A DNA stretch of 64,000 nt from Bugula neritina (Eukaryota > Animalia > Bryozoa), in the NCBI GenBank assembly GCA_964035545.1, contig OZ037765.1:3916698-3980697 (forward strand). Reading direction: 5' to 3'. The notes below the pieces were generated by a model that made no database searches, had not been told where the DNA came from, and was given only the letters and a program-made list of their open reading frames with translations. The stretch's first letter is position 1, and each line of letters begins with the position of its first letter. Positions 15,001-27,000 of this stretch are shown here, one piece after another. Both the position numbers and the translations under genes were made by a program.

Positions 15001-18000
15001 TCTACAGATTTCCACTTAGCAAGACTGGTGCCCTGCTGCAGAATAAGTTGAGGTAAGGGAAGTGCTATAACAGAGGAGCAAGGAGGTAGGGGCAGTAACA
15101 GAGAAATTGAGAAAAGCCTGTGTTCTAGAGTAAAAATGTAGCAAAAGAAGTTATATTCAAACAAGAATTTCAATTAAAGAACTTAGGGTATCTCAATTTC
15201 TCCGCTACTGTTCCTAAGTTGCAAACTTCTAAAAATGTAAGCTATAATATATAAGTGTAATAACATGAGGTTAGCAGGTTTTGAAGCACTTCTTGAGGGG
15301 TGCTGGAGTGGCTTGTGGTTTAAAAACTACACTGCAAGTTATAGAAAGTTTCTGAGGCATGGAGTTTCCACCCTTTAACTATATAACTTGGTCTATTCAG
15401 CTACCTGATATTTTATTCATATTCAAATATAGCACAGGGGGCTCAAGTGATGGTAACAATAGGTTATGCTAATGATATCATGTTAAATAATTCGGAATTT
15501 CACAACTAAGATGAGAGATGTTGCAAAATAGAAGAATGTTCCTTCAAAAAAAGTTGAGCAATTAGATTATGAGTAACTTTGTTTACAACTAATTCTCATA
15601 AACTTTGCTAAAACTTAGTTGAGCAGTATACCAAATATTACTACAAACTAAAGAAGTGTGTAATTTGTTATTCAAGGAAGTAAATTGAAGATGTTTTGTG
15701 CTAGCTTTTAGATCTGTCCCAATCATCTCTCTATTGATATATAAGTCAGTTTCTAGATTTCCATGACTAAACATTGTTTCCTTATAAAGATAAACTGCAG
15801 TCATCTTAAAGTCATACAATTTATCACTTGCCTAGTTCTAAGCTATATCAGTCACTCTGTTTGAAGCAATACGTTACCCCCCCCCCCACTATTGAAACTT
15901 TGTCATCTTAGATTGAAGGTCTATTCATGCTTCATGCTTCCAACACTGATTGTTAGACATCAACAATTGTCTTTCGAAACTAGCATTGGCTGATTGGTTG
16001 ACCAGTAAGGGAGAAATGCTATTAGCCTAATTTCTTAATTGCTATTATCAATTTCGGTTTAGGTGCATGTTCAATATCTCTCAAAATCATAACTTCTTTT
16101 GCTACATTTTCTCTAAAAATGAGTTGTCTTAGAAACCTTCAGCTTTGTTGAGCTGTTCATTACACAATGTAGATTTAGATTAGGTACACTTTACAGGTCG
16201 TAGCAGGCAGGCTGCAGTTCACCTGTAAGACTTTTAGGGTGCAGATTATTTGCAGAGAAATGTAAATGAGGAGTCAGGTGACTACAGTACAAGTATGAGC
16301 ATACAAATGTACACGAAGTCATCTTCCAATACAAATATTAGTTCTACAATTAATGCATCGTGAAGACATTTATGATTGCTTAGGAATGGTGATTGAGCTT
16401 TGCACAGTTGCTACACCCTAAATGCTATACACTATAAACTACATGCTACACACTATACATTTACATGCTACAGACTATATACTACATGCTACAACCTATC
16501 AACTACATGCTATACACTTCATGCTATAGGGATACTATATGCTAAACACTATACATTACATGCTTTAGGGATACTATATGCTAAACACTATACATTACAT
16601 GCTATACCCTAATCTAGTCAAGGATTTTGTGTGTGAAGACTTGACACTGGGTGACATACTCCCATATGGGTAGGCCACAAGCTACAAAACTCATGAATTC
16701 CTTAGCACTTAATGGTGTTCACAGCCACCTACTTGTATATCATAGAATCTTTAAATAATAAAGTTAGAAAATGGAGTGGACATAATCAAACATATAGTAG
16801 TAAACAGGGTAGTGCATACTGTCATGGTGTAATGCAGTATACAGTACAGTACACAGTGTAGTACTATAGTGCAGTACATAGTGCAGTACATAGTACAGTA
16901 TACAGTGCAGTACATAGTGCAGTACACTGTGTACTACCATAGTGTTGGTCATTAAGCTACTGAGTTGATGAAAAATGAATGTAAAACGAAGTTTTGAAAT
17001 TAGGACTAAGGTCAAGTGAAGGTCAAACTAGCGTATACAGCAGAGGCCAACAAGTGTAACTAAATGAAGGTTAAGATTGCATTTATCTTTAGTAAAATAA
17101 TCATACAGATGTAAATGTTTATAATCTAATATGACACCTTATTCACTGAAGAGTTGCATGTGATGCATATTTTCTTATAGTGTAGCTAATCTAATCTTGG
17201 AGTTTACAACTATTGCAGTTATAGTTTACTCAACACTTTAGGTAATCTATTAGTAAAAGGGTTGTCTGCACTTGTCGGCTAGCAGAGGTTTATCAGATAA
17301 TTTACCATCAACCTTTATTGGGCACCCAGTAATTTACAACAGGGCTTTCTCTAGAGCAAAGGACAGGATTTGTGATGGGCTTAGAATTAAGTGATTATAT
17401 CTCACTATACGCCATTATTAAGCATACCCTAGCCATTTTTAGACCCGGTATTAAATAATTAAGGTGATGTGTCCAGCTATAACAATTACGCAACTTTAGT
17501 CTTAACATTTGCCAAAACACACATAGACCTCAAAGAATTACTACTATGACTTAGAATTTCCAAAGCCATGTTATATTTCTTTCTGTCTGCACAGCCTTTC
17601 ACTTACTTAGGAATATTGAGCTAGCTGGCTCACTAATTCAAGGGAATTTCCATAAACATAGACTAATGAAAGCTTATTATATCCTCTAACTATAGTGGCT
17701 AATATTTGTTGCAGTAGTTCTAGTGCTCATAGGGGGCGGAATTGTCCACCACCCCTCCAAAGAGACATCAACATTACTACTGCTAATCTATAGGATACTG
17801 CGTATAGACTTACTGAACTATGTTACATCTTACCTTTGATTTGAATAATGATTAGGTATTCACAAAAGAAACATAATTAGGTTAAACACTTAAACCAACC
17901 AGGAAGTACAACACATTTATCATAGAGTCAGCATATTTCTCCCCTGCTGACACAGATCACTCCTCTCTTACCTTCTGATTCATGTCCCTTTGCTTAGCAG

Positions 18001-21000
18001 CTACAAAGTTGATGAAACTTCTCGGTTTGTTGGCGGTTGTCTGCCCAGACCTTCTCTCCTCGTAATCAGTTGTCTGAAAAAGTAGAATAATACCTTACAA
18101 CAACAAGAGTCACTTAGTATAAAAATAACAGAGATGGTCTGTGAAATTAGTGGTTTTATAAAATTGGAGTAAAACGTGGGATTTCATCTTATACACAGAA
18201 CATAAACCACAAAAAGTATTCTGTTTGAATCAGGTATTGCATGCTGTGTTAAATAATGCAAGAATTCCAGTCTTTTAAAGTAAAAATACCAATGTTGGTG
18301 CCATTTTAGAGGTACTTCTATTAGTACATCCAATTTGCAAAATATATTTAAATTATTGATAATTGGGTTGCAGAAATACAACTGGGGCTGTATAACTTAT
18401 AACTGTGAAGTACAAGTCAACTATCTAGCTCTTAATGCATTATGCAGTAAGAAGTAGCCCAAGTGCCATATTTACAACCAGTTCAACTCACATCATCTGA
18501 GTTAAAGGACTTCCTTGAGCTAGCCAGTAATCTCTCATTCTCAGCATTGAGGGCGTCAAACAGCTCCTCCATCTCATTGTTAGTCTGAAAAACAAAACTC
18601 TGCTTAATTACCTTTGCTTAGCAAAACTTCTTAAAAATCTATAGATTATTTGCTTTCAATTTTCTTTCTTTTCAAGCTTTACTTTCAACTTTTCAGACAC
18701 TAACAAATAGATAACCATCTACATGAGTTCAAAACAATATAATATCAGTTTACTAAAGCAGAAATGTTAAAATTTGATCTACATTACATTTGGCATAAAA
18801 AGTTATATTATAAATTTTATCATTATATTTGGAGATCTCTAACCATACTTGTATGTACAGAAAAAATATCTCAACCAAAGTAAAGCCACAATGAATAATA
18901 TCAAAAGAAAGGTTGCCTTTCTATTGTTGACTAGCAGTGATGAGGATTAGAATTGCTCAATTATAAAACATGCTGAAGTAGAAGAGCTAATAGAGATATA
19001 CTAAATCATTTGAAAGAATAGTACAACTTAAGATACTAAAATATTATTGTCATAAGTATATGAGTGAGAGCATGAGCAGCAAACTTACAGCCTTTTTCTC
19101 TCGAGATTTCTGCAATGAAACACAATATTTACCGAATGGATTCAGTACCACCCAACTTGTTTATAGTCACAATTCTAGGAACAACACTAATGTTTTTAGA
19201 TAGATTCTCCTCCGTAAAACCTACTGACAATTTGGCTTGATACTATTTAAACAAATTATGATCGAATGCTATTCCTGCCATCACCTACAATCTAACTGGG
19301 AGTTCTACGACAAACCCTACACAACATGTGTCACATTAGATCTGCAGCTCTAACCACTAGACTGACTACAAGGCCTCCTATTAGTCAAACAAACAACATA
19401 CACACACAGGAGTTAGCATGGGGTGTTAGATAAATTACCATATTCTGTACAGTATTACCATCTACAGATATCTACAAGACCACAAGTTACATGCTGGGAA
19501 ATTTTCCACAACACAGAAATGTGTAAGAGATTGTCAATACCAAGCTCTAATTTTACTTTGCTATTTTAACATTACTATTTTAAATAAATTACATAGAAAT
19601 GAAATAGATTTTGTTTGAAAATTGTGCACTATATAATATTAAGTTTTGCTAACGCAGCTTTAAAATAAGCTCATTATTTAATGCACATGATGCTATTACT
19701 TAGAATTGTAACCAACTTCCAATAATTCCTTCAATTAATTTTAAATCATTCCCTTGTCATGTCCTCTCACAAAAGGCAATTCATTTTGAAAAACAAATAG
19801 CTAGTTGTTTGTCTGTTAATGAATTATTAAATTAAAACAAGGAATGTTAGCAGCTACTCACCACAGCTCTAGACTTTGCTCTCCCCTCTCCTTCATCAGC
19901 ACCACCGTCGTCATCCTCGAAATCATCATCATAGTCCTGAAGAAATCAGCAATCAGAAACTCAAATGAAAGAAAATCTGACTTTTGAAAAGCAAAAATAC
20001 AAGGTTTTCAATCAAAGAGAACTTTTTTGAAGTCCTAAATCTATTTAATATATGCAATATAAAATTAAGCAATATTTATGACGTAAACAAGTGACAGTGT
20101 GTTGTAAAAGCAGTAAATAACCTTAAACAATTTTATGCCAATAACAATTGGTTTGAATATGCGGCTTCCTTACAGTTTCAACTCTGAAGCTTATCAATAT
20201 AATTGTCAGAATTGGAATCAAACAAAATCTGGCATACCAGTTTTCAATAGAGCAACCAAAGTTTTATAAATGTACCTCAAAGTCGTCCTCATCATATCCA
20301 CCATATTCGTCTACTTCCTGCTCCTGTTCTTTGCTAAAATAGAATAGTTGCCTGATAAGAAACATCTTGCTTTTAGACTAAGTAACCATTCATTAGCTTG
20401 ACTTCTTTTCTAAAAGCTTACATCACTGATTCAATTGAAATTTTCTGTCCAGCATATGGACTATCTATCAAGTTACTTGCTAAACTATTTGTGCATCAAT
20501 AAGCAGTGTTAGAGCAGCAAAATTTTCTAACTAATTGGTGTGACGGTCTATACCTTTCTTAAGGACTGCTTTTAGTACTTAAAGGTACTCTGTAAGAGTG
20601 GCATGGCTTATATGGGTTAATTATTCACCGTAAGAAAGTATCCCCCAATAAATGATGTTTCAGTGAAAAATATATACAGTTCTGCAGATAATTGGCACAC
20701 AAAACTTAGAGATATATTCCTAGAACCAACCTTAATGCTGTTGTTTTTGCGTTCTCTTTGGCATTACCGGAAACTTTCTAAAATTTACATGAGTAAAATA
20801 TATCATATATATAAAGTTCTGCATGTAGAAAATATTTTGTGACAAAGAAACTAAATTATGCGAATATGAATTAACAATTCCAAAATGAGATAAAGAAAAG
20901 TTGTATTACCCTATTGTGGTTATCTGCACCATTAGATTCTTCTGTATCGTCATAATCTGTTTTACCCGGTCTGTCTCGGTGTCGCCTATCATTATGATGA

Positions 21001-24000
21001 TTCATTTCGTTGTCATCTTGTCTCTTATCTCTTTCATCGGCACTCTTATATTTATCATCTCTGTGCTCTCTCTTTCTATGATCTCTACTCTCTTCATGCT
21101 TATCACGCCTTTCCCGATCACGCCGATCTCTACGATCACTTTGGTTCTCATCTTGTTTATCTCGATCTCTGTGTCTGCTGTCATTCTCATCTCTTTCCTT
21201 TCGATCTCTATGCTTTCTCTCTTTGTCATCACTATCCCTATATTTTCTATCACCATTCTCATGATGCCTTCCATCTTTCTCTTCTCGGTCTCTTCTCTCT
21301 CGATCATCATTATCTCTATCCCTGTGACGTCTATCTCTCTCTTCACCACTTTGATGTCGCCTTTCACTGTGTCGCTTTTCTTTGTCTCTATCTCCATCAT
21401 CTCTGTGTCTTCTGTCTTTATCACCATCATCCCTATGCCTTTTTTCTCGATCTTTATCATCTCTATGTTTTCTTTCCTTGTCACCCTCATCTCTATGTCT
21501 TCTCTCTCTATCACGATCATCTTTATGTCTTCTTTCCCGGTCACCATCATCTCTATGCCGCCTTTCCTTGTCAACCTCATCTCTGCGTCTTTTTTCTCTA
21601 TCTCTATCATCTCTGTGTTTTCTTTCTCTATCACCATCTTCCCTGTGTTTTCTTTCTCTATCACCATCTTCCCTGTGTTTTCTTTCTCTATCACCATCTT
21701 CCCTGTGTCTTCTCTCCTTTCCGCCATCGTCTCTATGACCTCTTTCTCTATCACTAGTCTTTCTGTCAGAGCTTCCATGATGCCGCCGTTCTTTTTCATC
21801 TCCACCACGATCTCTCCGTTTGTCTCTTTCATGATCATCCGCACGTCGTCTATCTCGGTCATCCCTGTGTCTTCTTTCATCTCGGTCATCTCTGTGATGT
21901 TTCTCTCTGTCTTTGTCATCCCGATGCCGCCTCTCTCTTTGTTCGTCTTTATCTTTTCTATTACTACCTTCTACTTTGCTTCTGTGACTAGAATCTACAG
22001 CAGACAACTTTTTCAATAGTTTCTACACCAGATTGGCTATTTATAATATTTAAATCTAAGAATAACTCAATTCACCATCAACAAAACTTTTGACATTTCT
22101 TATAACCTACAACCCTGGAGCTATAACCACTTATTAAATCTAGTCGAGAATTGAATACATTTTGGAAAATGTAACATATTTCAACTAAAAAAAAGAGTTC
22201 AGCTTAGCATTAAGTTTAATTCTTCATTAATTCTTCTAGCATATTTTTTTTTTCTAATGAATGCATATTACAAAAGCTTCAACTGTTGTTTGAAATTTTA
22301 CAATACCTTTGGGCCTTGAATCATCCCCATGTTTACTCTTTGATTTGCTGTGACTTTTCTCCTGATTAATATGCTGTAACAGATAATTAATTTTAATAAT
22401 ATAAATACTTTATTAACATTTTAAAGGAAAAACTACTTCAATGCAAACCCAACAGTTTCAATACTTGATCTGTCAAATTCTCAAAATGCTTGAGATTTTA
22501 TACTCCATCAAGAAACCAGACATGCATAAATGCTAGTTATGATTATACAATCTTTAAGAATAAAGTGAATTAGACTAAAACTACTTAAGCATAAAAAAAA
22601 CATATATTTACCTTCAGCGACTGCTTGAGCTCATCTTCTTTCCAAGTTTGCTCTTTAGACCTCTAAATAGATAGATTCACAGTGCAATAAGTGTAAAGTA
22701 TTCTAATTTAAATTGAATTTAAATTGCTATAGGAACAAAAATAAATTATGTAGTTTAACAATATCATACTCTTAAATTTCTACATTCATTGCCCACAATT
22801 ACTTCTTTTATAAAGAGCAATAAGTCATCATGACTTTTGTGTTATAATGAAAAAATAATTCTGACAGTAATATCAAATTAATGTGACTAGTATCAAGCTT
22901 CTAATTGAAAATTAATTTAGTATTAATATTTACCTTTGGATACTAAATTAAAAAAAGCTTTGTGATGGTTTGTTTTAGATCTGTTTAAACTTGGCTGTTG
23001 CTGCATTAGTTCAATACAGACAGCAACAATCTGGCAATTATAAAACGAATTTCAGAAAACTCTAAGTATGGCTGTCATAATATTAATTAACATGCAGCAG
23101 TACAGTAACAGTCATACATGACCAATTGCTGCTAGTTCATTAAATTTTACTGGAAGTACCGAATGCATTGAAATACATTTTGATTCAATAGTCTCATATT
23201 GTGGTGGTTCGTGGAACTACCAGCAGCACAACATGTAGGGTCGCGTAATTGACCCGGAACAATGGATAGCCAATTAGCGTAGTTGATAGTTAGCAGCAAT
23301 TGTAGTTTCCCGCTGCTAACTCAGTCGAAGCTAGAGTGTGAGATAGATTAGATGTGTAACTTGTTAGAAATAATGTATCGTGTTTTTGTAATGTATAGTT
23401 GTGTGTAAAATATACTCGTTCACTCGACTTAGCCTGGTGCAGTTCTATACTAGATAAATAGACTCTCTGGATAGCATATCAACCCTAAATCTGAAAATTA
23501 TAACAGTGGTGGCAGCGGTGGGATAGTGCATCCAAGATGGAGACTGAAAATGCTGGAACTCAACCACCGGAAATCGAAGGTGAGCGTAGAGACAATGCTG
23601 TAGAGACAATGCCTGTTAACCATGTAGTAGAAGAGCGAAGGGTTCCGCGAGAACTAGCTGAAGACCGCTACAGGTTAAAGGCGCCCACCTTCACGGGTGA
23701 AGAGGAGGTGGAACAATTTATCCAAGAGTTTAGCGACGTAATGGACGTCGCTCAGTGGCCCCCTAGGGTGGCCCTGTTGAAGCTTAGAATGGCATTGATG
23801 GACAAAGCCAAGCCCTATGGGCTGGGCGTAGACATTGATAATATCTTTGCTTCTCTGCGGGCCCGCTTTGGCCTCTCTGCTACAGATGCCAAGGCCCGAT
23901 TGCAGAGGTTGCGGCGTGATCCCCGCACCCCGCTGCGGGAGCATGCCGCCGCGGTCATGAAGCTGGCACAGATCGCGTACAGCGACTTGCCCCCAGTCAA

Positions 24001-27000
24001 CCGCGAGAGGTACACCCTCGACGCTTTCATAGCATCTGTCGACGATCTGGGTCTCCACCACCAGTTTCTAGCTAGGGGAGTCACCACCGTTGAAGATGCT
24101 CTGACTGAGGGGGAAGCTTACCTCCTAGCTAACCAAATGCATAAAAGTCGCGGAAGCTCCCGCCAAGTGGAGATAGACCGCGCAGACACGGCCGCGGGAC
24201 AAGGGGAGGAAACCCCCGCCGCGGCTGCCGTGTCCCAGTTGGCGACGGCATCAAAAGTCACTCAACTGACGGACATGCTAGCCAAGCTGATAGCAACACT
24301 GACACCACAAAACCCAGTGAGTACCGCCCCTGAGCCCATGCGGCCATCGGCGCCGCCACAGGGAGAAACAGTCAGTTTTTGCTGGGAGTGCGGAAATCAA
24401 GGACATTTCCGCCGATATTGTCTCTTCCTAAATCAGGGGTTAAACTACCGCGGCCCGCAGATGTTCCCACCTTCCGCGGGCCGACGAAACCTCTAGGGAA
24501 GAAGAAACGCAGGTCACCCAGACGGGTACCGCGTACTGGCAACCAACAGTGGCAACAGCCACGACGGACCAGCAAGGGGCTTCGCCCCGCGGCTGCCTTT
24601 TCTATGCCCCTTCACAACAGATTCACAGGGCTACAAGTCCAAGAATCTGGATGGGAGCACACAAAGGTAGCTGAGAATCTAGCCTCGGCACCCCCGAGGC
24701 CTACCTATCACCGCCCCAAGAGACCTCCTTCGCGACCCAAAGCGAGGGAGGTACTCCCTGCGAGAGTAAGGCCTGAAGGGAGAGTTCAGGTGCAGCCCCA
24801 TGGGAACAGCTATTTCTTGCCCGGTAAACTGGAAGGCAAAGCTGTTACTTTTCTCATTGATTCGGGCTGTACCACAAACCTCTTAAGCCGCCAACTCTTC
24901 GACACCCTCAGTGCTAGGGTCAGGGGCGAGATGGAAGCATACGAAGGGGAATACGGCACCCTAGCTGACGGGTCGTGCCTTCCCTTCTATGGTATAATTG
25001 AGCTGACGGGACGAGTCCGCGATCAAACGATCCAAGAGACGTTCATCGTCAGTCAGCTCAAGGAGGATGCTATCCTCGGGATGCCGTTCCTTAAACGGCA
25101 CGGATGTCACATAGATTTTAGCAGATCTGCAATGATGATGTCCGGGCGGGAACTCGCCTGCGTCGACAAGTTCGGCTGCCCTTTAGTGGGAGGTGTGCAA
25201 GTGGTACGCAACCGTACCATACCAGGCCGCTCCCGGGCTACCATTCACTGCAGGGTGAATAGTAGCCGGATCTCTGGACTCGGGGTGGTTGAAGGCGCGC
25301 ACGAAAAGATCCAACTTGCCAGCAGTCTGAATCAGCTGACTGAGCAAGGGGAGATCTTAGTGCAGTGCGTCAACCCCTTTACCGAGCCTATCAAGCTCCC
25401 GGCTGGGTCGATGCTGGGCCGTTTTCACTCTGTTCAAGAGGGAGACGTAGGCCCGTCGCTGGGTGATGCGACAGAGGCACTCCCTCGACACCCTATTCAG
25501 GGACGAGGGGCAGTCCCAACACATCTCCGGGAGTTATACGAAACAGCCAGTGGCGGCTGCGCGAGTAACAGAGAGCGCCAAGCTATGGCCAAGTTACTAC
25601 GCGACTACGGTGATGTGTTCAGCAGCGGAGAACATGACGTGGGACTGACTGGAATTGTCAGACACGAAATACCGCTGACTGCAGGGACAGTCCCTGTCCG
25701 GCAGCCCACACGCAGGCTGGGGCCGGAGAAAGAGAAGGAGGTTAGCCGACAAGTACGGGATCTTCTGGACCGGGGACTGATAGAGCCCGCCCATAGTGCG
25801 TGGAGCTCGCCAGTCGTACTGGTCCGGAAGAAAGACGGCAGTTGGCGGTTCTGTGTGGACTACCGCAAACTCAATAGCGTAACCATACAGGACGCCTACC
25901 CTCTACCTCGTATTGACGAGTCATTGGACGCCCTAGCCGGCAGCAAGTACTTCAGTACGTTAGACTTGCTAAGCGGCTATTGGCAGGTTCCTCTGAGTCC
26001 CGACGCCCAAGAGAAAGCGGCGTTTATCACACGGGACGGGTTGTGGAAGTGGAAGGTGCTGCCCTTCGGGTTAACCTCCGCCCCAGCCACCTTCCAGAGG
26101 CTGATGGAACAAGTCCTTAGCGGACTCCATTGGAAGACACTGCTGGTCTACCTCGATGATGTCATCGTAATCTCTCCAGACTTCGAGACACATGTCAGTC
26201 GTCTGCAGGAGGTTTTCGAGAGACTCCGAGGTGCCGGTCTTAAGCTCAAACCTTCCAAGTGCGCTCTGTTGCAGCCGGAGGTCAAGTACCTGGGGCACGT
26301 TGTCGGTCGAAACGGCGTGGCAACGGATCCCGAAAAGGTACGGGCAGTAGAAGACTGGGTCACCCCCCAAGACTTGACCGGACTCCGGGCTTTCTTGGGG
26401 CTGGTAGGGTATTACAGGCAATACATACCAGACTTTGCGGGCATAGCCCAGCCTTTAAACCGGCTTACCGCAAAGGGAGTGACGTGGCAGTGGACCCCAG
26501 TCGAACAAGAAGCGTTCGACCGCCTCAAGGGCTGCCTCCTAACGGCGCCCATCTCGGCCTACCCAGACCCCACTCTGGAGTACATCCTAGACACGGACGC
26601 CAGTGACCAGAATGTTGGCGCTGTGCTGTCACAAGTGCAGGAAGGCCGAGAAGTAGTAGTAGCCTACTACAGCAAGTCTCTCTCTCCCGCTGAACGAAAT
26701 TACTGCACTACCCGCAAGGAACTGCTGGCAGTAATCAAGTCAGTGAAGCACTTCAGACCATACCTATATGGCAGGAAGTTCCGGCTGCGTACGGATCATG
26801 CCTCGCTGATCTGGTTGTGCAGGAGAGCAGAGCCCTCTAGTCAGGTCGCCCGGTGGCTCGAAATCCTAGCTGAATTCTCATACCGGATCGAACATCGACC
26901 GGGCAAGAGACACAGCAATGCGGATGGGTTGAGTCGCCGACCTGACGGAGGTTGCAAACAGTGTCTCAACATCGAGAGGAGGGATGGAGGTCCCCCGCGA

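Noticed and set aside
20901-22019. Long hydrophobic 372-aa + strand ORF and alternative-frame ORFs (21002-21919, 21382-21738)
   Set aside because: These are shadows of the purine-rich repetitive WDR60 exon 4, with no independent gene signals.
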